64,000 nt of DNA from Tubiluchus corallicola (Eukaryota > Animalia > Priapulida): positions 124,001 through 188,000 of the forward strand of contig JAQGDQ010000121.1 of the NCBI GenBank assembly GCA_030141605.1, in the 5' to 3' direction. Shown in pieces: positions 38,001 to 52,643 of the stretch. Positions within the stretch are counted from its first letter, which is position 1. Each line of letters opens with the position of its first letter. Position numbers and translations under genes: made by a program. A model generated the notes under the pieces. It had not been told where the DNA came from, did not search any database, and saw only the letters and a list, made by a program, of their open reading frames with translations.

Positions 38001-41000
38001 AGTTTGGCACGGTTGTTGCTAGAGTGTTTCGTGTGCTTGGCAAGCAACAAGGTATTTTAATACAACTTAAAGGAAACTTTCAGATTTGATGATGATCATC
38101 ATTATTACGGAACATTTGTGTTTTTTTACTACATAATTCTTTCGTCTGACATATTTCGTGTAAGTGTTTTTGGTTTTATTTTGCTGATTGTACACTTTCC
38201 TGTTTTGGCTTAGCTTCAGTAACTTCAGTGACAGCATTTTGGTACTAAGACAATGTTTTAATGTTTATTCTGCAGATGGAGATATGGGTAAATGGAAGAG
38301 GTTGTGTTGTGTACCATATTTTGTGCTTGTTCTCATCTTCTACTTTGGTATCCTCACTGCATTAGTTCTGCTGCTTCAGTTTGGCATCCAGCACAGTTTG
38401 CACATTAATGCGGTTGTGATTACGATTGGATGTTGTGTGTTTGTTATGTTGCTAGGCAATGCGGTCACTTGGTATAATTTGTTTAACGCATTGTTTTGGT
38501 CGCAAGAGCACCGAGTGTTGCAGGCTGCTGATGATCTGCCTAAGATTAAAATGGAAGGTATGGTCATTTTTATTCACGTATATTTTTGTTTGCGCTTCCA
38601 CATTTTAAAAACAGGCAGAATGAACTGAAAAGCAATGAAACAACATAACTACTTGTTTTGCATTTATTGGATGATATAAGCCTGTTACAACAAGTTATAG
38701 TTAGGAACAAGTATAAGCAGTTATTTATTTTTTAATTGAAATTTTGTTTGTGAAGGTTTTCTGCAAAAATTGAAAACAGAGGTTGATCTGATGATACGCA
38801 TGGTGAAATCTATGGATGGATTCACTGATACACAAACACGTCTGGTTGTTATTATTGATGGACTGGATAGCTGTGAACAGGAAAAGGTTATACAGGTAGG
38901 TTTGCTAATTACTGTTTATGTTTTTCTTCTGAATGACACACTTTCCATTGTTTGGATACCTGGAACTTTAATCAAGTCAGTTGAATACATAGTCTATAAT
39001 TCAAGACGTATTTAGTAGACTAGATTGTATCATTGTCTCATCTCAGCGATGTCATATATGTAATAGCATGAGTGAAAACAACTTCTGCAGACTCCAAAAC
39101 TGTACTAAAACTAAGCTGAGACAATCGAATTTCATTATTTTATGTACCAGATTCAATGTCATTATAAAAAGGTGTATGTGATGTATACCTAAAAAATACA
39201 GAATTACAGACTATATTTGATATGACCATTGTTTGGGATGTAATCAGGCTTTGAATGTAAAACAAGAAAATAGTGCCATATAATCCACAATAAAGCCCAG
39301 AGTTGTAGTTTTTAATTAGAATGTCCAAGTTGTATTACCCGTATTTTTGGTATATTTTTTACACTTTTTGGTACTGATATGACAAGGGTTGGGGTTATCA
39401 TAAATTTATATATATATATTCGTTTTACTGAACTTTATTTTGCTGTTAATGCATGTTCTTTCCAAAAAGCAGTTACTGTCTAGATAAGGAGGATGATTCC
39501 AACCTCACAAACCTGATGGATATAATTTTTTGGGTAGAAATTATCATGTGTGATTTTCTTTTTTTAAATATTGTTTTAATTCATAAAGAAGTGTCTTCTT
39601 TGCTTATTGCAGGTTTTGGATACTGTTCATCTGTTATTCACCGAGAAGGATACGCCGTTCATTACAGTTCTGGCCATAGATCCACATATTACTACTAAAG
39701 CCATAGAGAAGAATCTACACCAGGCTTTTCATGAGTCAAGTATTACTGGGATGGATTATCTGCGCAACCTGGTGCACCTTCCATTTTACTTGCAGAATCC
39801 AGCATTGGCACGACAAGTATGCATACATCATTTATGTAATCTGCTGTCTATCCAAAACAATCCAATTGTCTATGGCAAATGGCCTAAAAGTTTTTATTTT
39901 TTCCCCTAGATGTTTTAGGGCTATTAAAATAATTTATTAAGCTAAAAATAACTTCCGAGAGGATCAAGCTGATTTTTTTTATTCTACATTTTATCTGAAT
40001 CTAGAGAGCAACCAAAAACAAAATGTTGAAATGTTGTCGCATTTTACTTTTACTTTTTGCTACAGGTTTGTTAAATCATTCTGTAAGCTCATTTTTATTA
40101 TTAATTGTTCTCTTCAGTTAAAGAACAATGAAACTTTATTTTAGATGATAAAAATTTATGGTATTTCATTTTCTCTGAAGCTGTACATCATCAGATGTAA
40201 CCTGACAGAGTGATCGATATATAAACTGTTTGAAAAGGTAGATGAAGACCACGTCTAGTTTTTGAAAAGTCATACGTTGGTCACACTTTCTTGTTATGCT
40301 ACTAAAAATTTGCCCAAATTTTATATTATTCTTGCATTCATTGTTTGTTTGCTTACTACTTATACAGGTGAAGACATTACAAGGTGAAAATCCTCATGAA
40401 AATCGCATAGGTAGCATTAGCGAAGAACGCAAGGTACGAATGTTGTTAGTTCTTATTTATACAGAAAATTATGCTTTGCTTAGTTACTTTTATTACCAGC
40501 TTGTTTTGGCAGTTTGCAATAAAGTGCTAGTTTTTAGACTTCTATGCAGAGCCATCTTGAATTTATTACTGTACAAAACTGTATGATGACATTTTTATGT
40601 GTCAGGTTGCTTCTTGTTATTTCTCAGTTTTTTCTTTTTATCATTTGCATTTGATTTAAAATTAAATTTTGGCATGTGAATCTGTAATTTGTTAATGCAC
40701 TGAGACTTTTATGTAGTTATGCAGTTTTTGCTTTTCTGTGTGCTTGCTTAGCATGTCTACATTCACAAAGGAGAGCAGTTTAAAATACTGAAATAGTAAT
40801 AAAGAACCCTTTTAAAATTCCATTACCGTAACTTAGATTTGAGCTTATGTTTATGCCCTGGCTAGAACAGTTTCCAACTGTACGTCTTTTACTAACTTTT
40901 ATCAAATCTTTCTAGTAGACAAAAATATGAAGGAAAAACTATATGCCTATGAGGTTTTCTTAAAAGTCAGACCCTCCTAAAAGTAAGTGATGTATAGGGA

Positions 41001-44000
41001 AAGAAAGGGATTCTTGGAAAATTGAGTTATTTGGTGCTTGTACTTCAACGATTTGCAAATTTGGTTAATACAGTATACAATATGAGGACTTACATATAAT
41101 ATATATATACGTATAACGTAAGTATAGCAGGTACCTCATTGTAAGATTTGCCATCAATTTTTTCTAGTTTGTACTGCGTCAGGATACCCTTACATCATCT
41201 ATGCATTCAATCACTGATTATGCTTTTCGTGGAAAGAAAAAGCAACGTTATACAAGGGCCAGCTCAGCCGGTGCTAATATGAGCCATCCCATGTCAGGCT
41301 GGGACATTAACAAGATGGTAGGAACACACGACTATTTCAGCGATACAAATCCTCGGAGCATGCGTCGTCTGATGAATATTGTCTACATAACTGGTATAAA
41401 AGTTAAGATATGTTTTATTTTGATCATACCTAAACGTTTTTACTTTGCTTAAACTAGTCTATATATTATTTGCTTCACATTCCTCTTACTCCTTATCTGC
41501 TTCACGTTTTGTTAATGGGAGGTCTTTAGTTCTGTGTAAAATCTCACTGTTTTAACGAACTTGTGACGGTGTTGCAAAACTAGATTCGAAAACTAAGACA
41601 TTAAAATATCAAGACGAGAAAATGTTATTCTGAATTAAAAATTTATCAGAATTTGTCTTCAAAAAATGTTTCATTTTTGGGTGCATTTTTTATTATTATT
41701 TTGCAACTGTTTTTATATGATAAAGTTGTTTAGTTTTTCATTTTTCTTAATAAAAAATTGTTTTGAGTCTAACTCATGAACTGATTCAGTGCAGTTGCTG
41801 AAGTACTATCAAAGCCATTTTTAATGTTTTCTTAGGTCGTTTGCTGAGAGCATTTGGTCTAGAGTTTCAGTGGCTTCGGCTGGCTTCCTGGCTATACTTG
41901 ACTGAACAATGGCCGTATCGTACATCGTGGATCATTATCTATTATGAAAACAATGATGAAAGCTTAGACAACAGCACAACCCTAAAAGCAATTTACGACA
42001 AGTAAGCTGTTGCTTCTGAATGACAGTTTGCTAAATGGATCATTGCTTGCTCACCATTAATACCTTGTTAAACTATAAATGAGCTGAAGATGGGATGGCT
42101 TTATGAAGGCTAGTGCTTTTCTAGAGCTCATTTATAGTATAAATAACCCTGTTAAAATCATTTGAAGGTTTAAAATGTGCTGCGACGCATCTCTTTGTAT
42201 TTTTGAAAAATTTTGCTTTTCGTTAATTTAATAATAATATATAGTACTCATATTAATGTATAGTACTCATATAATATGCCCTACAATGATTTGAAGCTCC
42301 CAAAGTTGAATTTTTATAAGAAATACTAATAACTAAGCATATCTATTTGCGGAACATGTTTATCAAATGTTGAGGCAGATAAAACAATGGATTTACTGTT
42401 TTCTGTTTACTAAACTTTAGTTGAGTTTTTAAAATCTTCTGTAGGGTTGTCTCAAACATACCAACATCCAAGGATGTGGAACCTCTTTTAGAGATAGACA
42501 GAAACCAGCGAAAGTTCGAAATTTTCCTCACAGGACACACCCTAAAGTTGACAGTGGGTGATCTGCGCTTGTTTCTTCCATTCGCTATTAACATGGATCC
42601 ATATTTGCGAAAAATAATAAAAGGTAAGACAATACAAATTAGCAACAGGTTGATGAGTTAAACATGATGGCTTTTGGTGAAAATTATTCAGAAGTTTATG
42701 TTTATTTTGGATCCATGTTTTTGGTCATCACTTATCATAAGCTGAACATATTCACTATGCTGCGTAAACGTAAAAATGATCGTTAACAACTTATCAGCAA
42801 AGCCTTAGCTGTTTCCATGGTACTGAGATAGAAAGTCATCCATGTTTTTTGCAACACATTCTTTTTCAGTTGTAATCACGGTGAATGCACATTATCTGTT
42901 TTTGTGTTGAGAACATACGACACAAATAGAAGATTAACATGCCTTATAAATGAGTGTTTAAATTAATTGAGATTTTCAGTTATCCCTGCAGTCATACCCG
43001 GGGTTAACACTGATAACGAGAGCATGGTATATAACCAGTATGACAGAAGAAACTAAACAAACTGTTAAACCAAGAAGCAAAAAAGTTAGCCAATAGGAGG
43101 CATTAAGAAAAATCCAGAAATAAAATAAATGGAAATATTCATTTTGTAGAAAACCTGAGCATGCAGGATACAAAGAGTTCGATGAATCTGTACACTGGTC
43201 CTGATCAAACTTACAGTCCTTACGGCATTTACCCACCTAAAACAAGCTATCATCCTCTCACTTCACTTTATTCGTCATCGCCGATTACTGCACCAGGAAT
43301 GAGGAAGACTTCGGTTTGTAATTTTTCATTTTTAAGGTATTTAAAGAGCTGTGATGATACTTTCATTGTTGCTAGTCCATTGACTTTTTGAAACTACTTG
43401 AGCCATCACTTTAATATTAGAATAAAATAAAACTGTCAAGTGTAAAATTCAGGAAAGTTACCGAAAAATTATGAGAAACAAAGATTCAAGATTATTTTTT
43501 GCCAACTTATGATATGCATCACATAAATATCCCTTGTTTCTGACACGTAGTAATGTTGGGAGTTTGCATTTCACCTCTATAATTTGGCTGTTCTTGGTTT
43601 ACCGTCACACCTAAATTAGGCTTCTTGCTCCACAATACTTTAGTAGCTTCTTGAGGAAAAGGGCACATGTAAGAGATGCACTCACTTTGCTAAACCAACG
43701 ATTACATATGTTACTTACAAAATGATTAGTAAGGACTTATTTCATGATAAATTTTTTGATTAGGCATATTCACCATATGTCGGAGTACCTGGAGTGCCTC
43801 CAGCTCCACCGGGAGTGTACAACCCACAGCTAAATTTTCCTGGTCAGGGTTATCCAGTACCCCTTCAAGCCACATCTAGTCATTTGCTGGTTCAGCAGCC
43901 AAACATGTATGGTGCGGCCGCATCTCGTAGTCGGAGCACAAGTCCATGCGGAACATTTTCTGGAGATGCTACTCCAGCGTATCCAGTGAAGGTTAGTTTT

Positions 44001-47000
44001 TGTAAGATGGACTTACCTTTAAAGTTAATACGCAAAATTGTTCATAAGTTGTCTAAGCTTGTTAAATGCAATTGTTAGTTTTTGGGACATTTTAGCGAAA
44101 ATTTTTTCTAAATTATGTGGAACTCGAAAAGTTTCTTAATGGCTACCTTTTATGGTCACGGTTTTTATGTTTGCTAATTTATTTGTAAGCGAAATTATGT
44201 ATTTCCTTCTTATACAGTGAAAGTAAGTATGTATTGAATAAGTTCTATAATGGCATACAGGTCTATGGTCCATAAACTCTTCGGGCCCTTAAAGGAAAAA
44301 AGTCTGAGAACCTCTGTTTCACATGAAGAGTGAAGACAAAAAAATAATTTAGTAATTTGTATTTAACTAAATTAATTTTTTTTGTCTTCACTCTCTTCAT
44401 GCAAAACGGGTATCCCAAGAGTTATCGGACCATCGACCCTTACCCCATTACAGAACTTACTCACTAGATAGAACAAACACAGGATAGAATGGTAACCTAG
44501 TAAGACTAAATAAATATGTAATGGCATCTCAGTGGAATTTCAAATGGTTCAGATTTTAATGACTTTACTCAGAGGTTAAGCATTGCATCATAAACTTACT
44601 ACATTTAGGAAAGCAAAAAAAGGAATTTTTAGTTTTAATCTACTCATCAGGTAATGGAAGTTAGGTGACTGTAAACATCAACCACCAATACTCAAAATGA
44701 ATTGCAGCTTCAATTAAAAATAAATTCCATATAAAGATACATACAGGAAATATGAATTCCACTACAGACAAAACGCGATGAATAGGCCTGTACATAGATA
44801 CACAAAAACACAATTATACGGCATATAAGACCACTCAAATCTGCTGTTTTAATGTGAAGTCGCGAACCGTACTAATGCACCACATTCATCTATAGCAATT
44901 TTCCTGCTCCGTAGAATGCAGATTGAAGACTAAGTACTAATAGTACTTTTTGCTAGTCATTCAAGTACCCCTGTAAAGTGTCCTGTGAACCCATCTGGGA
45001 TTACAAACACCTCATCGAGATCTCATCTCAAACTAACAGATCGAGAACACCTAGTGTAAAGAGACAAGATTCATTTTGTTAATTTGTAAAAAAGTTGTCA
45101 CAGAGAAAAAATGCAGGGCACAAATTTGGTCTAACGTTTAATTTGTGTAGTTCATCTGGGATCAATTTTTCTTATCAGAATTCAACACTTACTAATTCAA
45201 GTTGCAGATTTTTGCCTATCATTGTGTGACGATTGCCGTGTTGAATTTTTTACAGCTTTTTACAACTAAACGTCTCAGTCTGATGACAGTAGGTGATGTG
45301 TATGATGCATTTGCTGCAATAGAAGGAGTCAGCAATCTAGAAAATGCCAAAGAAGTTATGTTTACTAATAACATCAGCGGAAAGGTATGTTTTGCGATTA
45401 TGTTTACTGCCAGAACATGTATTGTATTAACTTTTTATATACTGAGCACATTATTGTCTACACCATAACACATTGGTAGAAAATAAAAGTGATGGATGGT
45501 CTAATAAACGTTTCCGCCTGCATTAAAAGAATTGACCTTGTAGTCCATTCAAATATTCCTGATTTCTCTTTCTAATAATTATTTTTCACTCGATGTTTTT
45601 AGCCTAATGTTGGCTTACATCACATAATTTTCTTATAGTAAAGATATCCTTGATTTTCATCAGACCTATTTTCATTTTCGTAAGCCTTTCTAATATTAGT
45701 ATTACTATTTACCAAATTTTATGCGCATTTGATTTCTCACATTCACATATTGCTGCAAAATTTGTTGTCTGATCTTTTTTGTCACCAATAAGTCGGAACT
45801 AAAATCTTGTGTTAAATAATAATAACATAACTGGCCATGTGGTCCATAGTGTCAGCTGTAAGAATGATTTTTATAGGTAATGAACCCTGTCCAAGTAACT
45901 GGCAATGTTTACACCCATACCTTTACTTTTTAATATGAAGTACCGGTACTGTGATAACAAGATGTGAGATGATTTTTGTTCTGATAGGTTTGTAGAGAAG
46001 TTTTTGGTACCATTTTAAATGGTATGTTCAGGCTGCAGAATCGAATCCATAATCTTTCTCACAGAAAGTGAGAATGCAACTTGATTGAGCTGTTCTTGGC
46101 AATATGAATACATATTCAGTTTGTTTACTGTTTATATTTTTGTTTACCGTTACTCTTTCTAGGTTCTTCTTCATTGCAATCTTGACGAGTTAAAAAATGT
46201 CATGGGATTAAATTTTGGTGATTGGGAATTGTTTCGGCTGATGATTTTAACTCTTCGTGATCAGGAATTTATCAAACACGACAGTGCTGACACCGGAATA
46301 AGTATGATAGTTTTACTACATCAGTGTTAGTATGTTTTAACAGTACAGTAATTTGGCAGTACATGATAATGTCCAGACCAGGAAAATTACAACTCAGTGG
46401 GATCTGACTTTGAAATGTCTGTTAAGTAAGTTTATTTCAAGAGTATCATTTGAATTTAGGTTTAGAAGACAATGAAGCGGCAGATGCAGCCACACGAGTC
46501 AAATTTTTCTTTGGAGAAAGAGGCTTAAAACGTAGTGGATCTCAAACAGCATTCAAACCAGTAGCCCCGAAAGCCACTCCATTGAAACCAGGTAAAATCT
46601 TATATCGCAGTATCTGTTAATTGATCAGATATATACCACAAATAAAAAATTCTTGCAAATAAGTGAAATGATATGTAGAAGCATTGGTATTTGCTAATGC
46701 AGCACAGTCTTCTGTAGCAAGTAACAAGTATTGCACATGGTACACATTTTGTTACGTTAGTGCTGTTAAACAAGACACCGTTGTTCCATTTGTTTTGTTG
46801 TTTTGCTTGTTAATTTAGTACCTACTTTAGTTTTACACTGCCAGGTATACTTATATTCAGTTGTGTAATCCAAACAAAAGTATTTGTTGTCAAAATCTGA
46901 TACATTACTTGATATTGTTGTGGCACACTTTTTTTAACCTCTAGCAACTTTCATATTTTTTCAGCTTTTGTACAACAGTATTGTCTTTACTAATGCTTAC

Positions 47001-50000
47001 AAATCATTTGAAAGCTTTACTGCAAAGTTAGAAAATAACGAGAGGTAACCAAATTCCATAACAATCACTGGATTAACTGTTGACTCTGTTTCTTAATGGA
47101 GAGAAATATAGGGAAAGTTACGGTACTGCTGTGTTATAAATCGGCAAATCTGGCAAATAGATGTTTTCCCTAGCTTATATTCGTGAGATAATACTCTCAC
47201 CATTGGCCGCCCCTGATCAAATTTTTTATCATTTTATGAGCTGTGGAGACTGTTTTAATGTGTCTATCATTATACCAATTCATGGAATGCAAAATAGGGA
47301 CCGTAATTTTCAGGAAGCAGCAATAGCACACTGGCATGAGAAGTAAAAAGTCACAAACTTGAGAGAATTCATCATATTATTCACTCACAGAAGTGTGCAA
47401 TATAACTAGGTCATCTGGCCAGAAACTGTTTTTAAAGTGTGCGTGTGTATACACTCTTGCATACCTATGGTCACCTTTGCAAATGAAATTACAGAGTTTT
47501 AGGATAGTTTCTCAATAAATTATTAAGCAACTTGTCGATTAGTTTCAGAACCAAATGACTGCGATTGAGAGTACTTAAATATCAATGCCATAGTCAGATT
47601 TTTTTAAGCTGAAAACTTGTGTAATGAATTGCTAATGAGTTAGTAACTTTCCCTGCTGCATTTTTTAGGAATCAAATAAAATAATTTATTATGAAATTTT
47701 GTTGCACATTTTGAAGTTGTGAGTGAAAAACGGGCAGTTTGCATTATTAAACTTTTCGTTAACCTTTTCACGAAATTTGTGTAGTTTTGATTCCATTGTC
47801 AAGGCCTTTGCTTAATTGTTTAGGTGCAGCACGTGATAGTATTGATGATGCTGGTAACGAATCAGATGTTTCATCTTTAGCAAAGGAAGAGCCTGATAAT
47901 GAAAACAACGTGCAACCTCGCCACCCTTTTGTGCGCCAGGATTCTATTGTTGGGCAGGTAAGATCCTGTCGGTCATTTGTAGCTATTGGACTAACTTTCT
48001 ACACCCTAACCACAATGCAAGCTTGTGACTGTAATGAATAGTGAAATAAGTATTTCTCTCTGTTGAAAACAGAAAATCTGGCTGAAAATTGAAACAAGCT
48101 AAGCCCAAGATTATAAACTCTTCAGCGCCACAGATGAAAATTTTGGATGTTGTGGTGCTTTTTGGGATTCTTTAGACATTTTACACTTGTTGTGGATTTT
48201 GCTGTGTGTAATTTAGCTTTTTCTCCTCTGCCAAATGGTGGTGGTTGGTGATCAATTTTTCTGCACTAGGTATTTTGATCGTTCATGGATTTGTGTAAGT
48301 TGATAACTTAATCTGATAACGACTTTCAGTGTTATTTACAGGTGAAGTGAATATTTCTAGCTATCTCATCTCCATTTATGATCAGCAACATTTTCATTTC
48401 AATACCTACTTGATACTAGATTGTCAGTTGTAGTCTATAAACAAGCGTAGTTTGTAGATTTTTGATTTCGCCATCAGAAATTGTAAATTTTTACAAGCAT
48501 ACAGTCACATTGTATGCTCAGCTTTGAACCACATTGTACTTCACAGTCAATATGAATGTCATGTACCTGCTATTCAACAGACAATTAACTCACTGATCTT
48601 CACTACTTGCTTGAACCTTTGCTTATTGTAAAGCTAAATTGCTCCTAAATATAACATTTTTTTCCTAAATTATTTTAGGTTGGTTTAGAGAGGAGCATGT
48701 TGCTGAGTGCTCTGCAGGAACGTTTTTGTTCTTCTCCCATCAGCGGAGATGAGGAGGACGTAGGTGGTGAAGATGAGGAACTAAAAGCCATCAGTACCTC
48801 TAAAGAACTAGAAAAAAACAGACAAACCGTTGAAGAAGAAAGGGTAAGCATAAAATGTTTTTTGAAAGTGTTGCCTATTGTTCTAGTACTTTAATAGATG
48901 CTTGATTCTAAGAATTGCTACTAAGGTACGGCCTGAGAAGATGGGCATAAAAGAAAACCTCTTCCTTGCTTTTCTTCGTTTATTCGGTTATCTTTATTAT
49001 CGTTAATTTATTCATTTATTTAATTTTGTTAGTGATTATCATATTTGATGGACTGGTAAGTACTTTGTTCATAAATCTGCAAATTTCTAGTATTTAAACT
49101 TGTTAAAAATTAGATTCTTGTGTCAACAGCATAGACACCAAACTTGACCAAAAGAAAAGAAATGTGATGGTTTTTTTATTTTTCATACAATTCGGAATCC
49201 TGCAAGTGGCATTCCAGCATTCAGTGGCAGGTCCTTCTCAAATCATAGTGGTCATGGTGGCGTAGTCTGCCCCATGATCAAGGTTGTGCATCTGAGATAA
49301 GCCACTGAACCTGCTTAGGTATTATAGCCATGTTCAAATGTGAATACATCTTTCCTGTATGAGGTGAACAGTCCAAATCAGCACAGCAAATGGAATCACC
49401 TAGAGCAAGAATAAAAATGGTTTACTTATCCACTCGCATAGCAATGTTGCACCATCTGAACATTGGTAGCCAAGATGCTGCTGCTACCACTGCGCCATGC
49501 ACCTTGCCTAAAAGGATTGAATCTGAATTTGAGCTGAGGACCTTTTGGTTTAAAAGTCTAATGTCTTTTGCAAGGATACTAGGTAATCATGGCATTGGAC
49601 TTGCAGTCCACAAATCTTGGGCCTACCGTTGAAAACCATGTTGGCTCCCAACTTCTTCACATTTCCCCCTTTTGGTCAATTTTGGTTACCATTGTCACCA
49701 GTATTTTATAACTTTCGATAATGTTGCAGAATTCAAGTACAGTAGTGACCGTCTCTCCTCCAACTCCAATGCTTAGTGAACAGTTACCGAGAGATGTTCC
49801 TCCTTATCGGGCCCCAGAATCTCAATTAGGAAGACTAGAAAAACCAGTAGCAACCCAGAAAAAGACTGATCTAACTCTGGAACATAGCAGCACGAGCAGT
49901 TCAGATGAAGATGAATTTGTTTATCAGAATCGCACAAACACTGCAAAGCGCTCTAACTTTGCCTCCGTTAGCATGGATGCTCTGCACAAGATTAAAGACA

Positions 50001-50299
50001 AGATGCACAAGTTTGTGGGTTCTCCACGTCACTCTCAACAGTACGGCTCAATTGCATTGTCAGACATCGAAGCTGACAAATCTCAGGGAGTAAAAACTGA
50101 TGAAACAGGGTCACCAAATGCGGTCACGCCACCCAGTCTCAAGCTCACACTTTCAGAGTCTGATCATGGTTCAGCATCTGCAAATGAACATGATCGTGCA
50201 TTTAGATCTCTTAGTACTATTGATTCGTCGGAGGATGTTTCAAATGAGAAAAGCAAGATAAAAAATGGAAGTTTGAGTATTGACTTTCCTTCTGTTTAA
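32002..50299 (+). CDS. KIDINS220: Kinase D-interacting substrate of 220 kDa (ARMS): ankyrin repeats, KAP P-loop NTPase with four TM segments, Pro-rich region, SAM-like domain
   Basis: Exons: 32002-32115, 32688-32885, 33239-33337, 34092-34190, 34391-34489, 34899-35736, 36253-36432, 37046-37199, 37906-38051, 38276-38557, 38756-38895, 39613-39816, 40368-40433, 41168-41393, 41836-42001, 42445-42623, 43150-43313, 43764-43991, 45256-45384, 46163-46301, 46460-46591, 47824-47957, 48679-48843, 49730-50299. Total 4851 nt (1616 aa), all GT-AG and phase-consistent. Hallmarks: [22 protein letters not shown], Walker [19 protein letters not shown], Walker [31 protein letters not shown]. The low-complexity exons after 43150 are less certain. 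Confidence 0.95.
44239..44460. mobile_element. Palindromic MITE / long hairpin in a KIDINS220 intron
   Basis: Left arm taagttctataatgg..ggtc(t)atggtcc..aactctt..catgaagagtgaagacaaaaaa mirrors right arm ttttttgtcttcactctcttcatg..aagagtt..ggaccatcgacc..ccattacagaactta. Confidence 0.8.
49170..49503 (-). mobile_element. Probable tRNA-derived SINE
   Basis: Minus-strand 5' end ggtgcatggcgcagtggtagc has an A box (TGGCGCAGTGG, 49487-49497). GC-richer body and A-rich tail near 49171-49183. The B box is degenerate. Confidence 0.4.
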
Positions 50300-50779
50300 C
50301 TCTATCTCAGTTGGTAAATTCCTTTATTTCAGCCGTTTATTGATTGTTTAATAGTTATTTATTACTTTTGTGTATTAGTTGCTATGTTTTAAGTGTTATT
50401 TACTATGGCATAGATGTAATTATTTTATTGTTTACTTATTTATTTTATACAAAGTTAGATGTTTTTTACAGTGATGTGATACAGTAAATTCTTTTTGTGT
50501 TGCTTATTTCATGCTTTTAATTCTAAAACCTGGAAAGCAGATCTATTGTTCACTGCATGGTCTATGTGGCACTACAAGGAGAATAGCTGATTGTTTGTGA
50601 TGTGTACTTGGCTGAAAGATAAGCAGTGCTCTCCATTAAGTTAATGGATAGGTGAATCCCAGGAAAAATTCTTCTGCAAGTAGTTTATTTTTTCCTGCTG
50701 TATGAAATCTATTTATTTCAAAATTATCGTAAGCGTAACTTCATTTTCAAACCAAGTGAATTTACACGGTTTTCTGGCT

Positions 50780-51874
50780 ATTAAAAAGCAGTGCTGAAGG
50801 CATTTGTAATGCTAAGCCCAATTCATAGTCTTGTTTCAATGCACTGTATGCGATATATGAAAACAATATTAGTAACGAGATACGGCGTTCCAAAGTTTTA
50901 GCATGACGTCACTGGTATTTCGTACTCTGCTGGTTTATCATTGCAGTGTCGTCAAATTTTCTGTTCTCTGATCATTTCTGCTTTTTAAATGTCTCGCGGC
51001 TAGAGTGCCAGTTTGCCTTGGGCCACTCATATAATGCTTCTGACAAAGACTGATCATTTTTTCGTTCTCCGAAGGTTAAAATTGTAAAAGAACAGTAGAT
51101 TCCTAGGTGTGATCGACGACAAAAGAACTGGACACCAGGCAGCATGACAGACTGTGTTTCCTGTATTTCCAATGGCAATTTCTGAGCCTGAACAGACCGG
51201 GTATACTGTCTAGTTCGAAAGGAAAAAAACTGAAACCTACTGCTGTTCATTCGCTCTGTGGCTCTGTAGGTCTATGTGTGAACAGAAGACATGGACAACC
51301 ACTGAAATTACAACTATTTCATTCATTTGCACAAAAGTCATGAGCTGTGTAAGCCTTAACTAAAGCGTATTTGATTAATTGTAGGCTAAATCCGAAATGC
51401 TTTTGTGAGTTGCAGTAGTAATAATAAAAGAATTATTATCGCAAAAATGCTCGAAAATTGCTTTTTATCAAATTTAACCTGAAAGGTTAATTATTACGTT
51501 TAATTACTGTGCTTGTGTTAATCTAGAAGGCCTGGGTAGCAGCTCAGTTGTAGATCGCAGATTTGATTTGCAGAAGTCCTACTCAGCTCACTATTATTCA
51601 TTAAGCCTAATGGAACGCCTTCAGGTCTCATAATTTCCATAGCTACAGTTTAATAAGTAAATAGACTGTCTCTTTACTTAATATATTCCTAGACTATTTT
51701 TGTCTTCTGTGATGTGTAATCTGGTGTAATTTGATAAATTCAGCGAGAAAAATTTTGGTCCATATAATTTTTGTGCATACCCGCATTGTTGAACGTGTTA
51801 GAGATACCGGTGATGCCAATCCAATTATACATGTAGCTAATTTTTGCCCGTTCAAAACTTTTCGTCAGTTTTTA
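50780..51874 (-). mobile_element. Dispersed repeat family B, inverted copy just downstream of the KIDINS220 stop
   Basis: Reverse complement of 13005-14302. TTAA occurs at both ends. Confidence 0.75.
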
Positions 51875-52248
51875 AATATGATGTAGTCATCAGCAATGTC
51901 TAAACTGCATTTTGACATCAATAATATTTTACTTTAACATTACTCTTTACAATTAATATTTCAATGCTTCAGGCTCTTACTATGGCTAAAAATATGTGTG
52001 ATATTATGACTATACATTTATTTAGGAGCTTTTGAATAAGATTTTCTTCAATTTGAGTGGCAGCTAAGTAAACTGCTAATTGGACAATAGTATAAATGTG
52101 TGCATTTTTAAATATTTCCATTTCCACAAAATTTATGCTGTGTGACCTATTGAATACAGTTACACAATTTTGTTCTTTGTTAGTTACATTATGTAGTCCT
52201 TGTCACTTACATTGATACATTTATTATCTTTATTAGTAGTACGTCACT

Positions 52249-52449
52249 TAAATGGCTTTTATGTAGAATGCAGATGCGTTTTCCTCATGGGTAATAGCCT
52301 GCGAAAAAAAAATCAATAGGAAATAGCTGCAGAAAAACAATAATGCAGGCTGCATAAACGAGTGCATTGAAAACAATATAAACTGATTTTGTCTCTTCCG
52401 CACCCCCCAAAACGCATCTGCATCCGCATGCTACATAAAAGCCACTTTA
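52249..52449. mobile_element. MITE with terminal inverted repeats
   Basis: taaatggcttttatgtagaatgcagatgcgttt ... aaacgcatctgcat(ccgcat)gctacataaaagccacttta. Confidence 0.75.
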
Positions 52450-52643
52450 CTTTGTTTATCACTGGTGTACGTATATCAGCTTAAGTTTTAAGTGGTATGC
52501 ATACTGTCTCTTATCTAGATTAGATGGTAAATCATTCATAGATTTCTATATCAAATGTATGCAAGTAATACATTAATACGCTATGTAAGTGATAATACAT
52601 GTACATATGATATGTACATATCATATACAGTGCATCATAAGTA

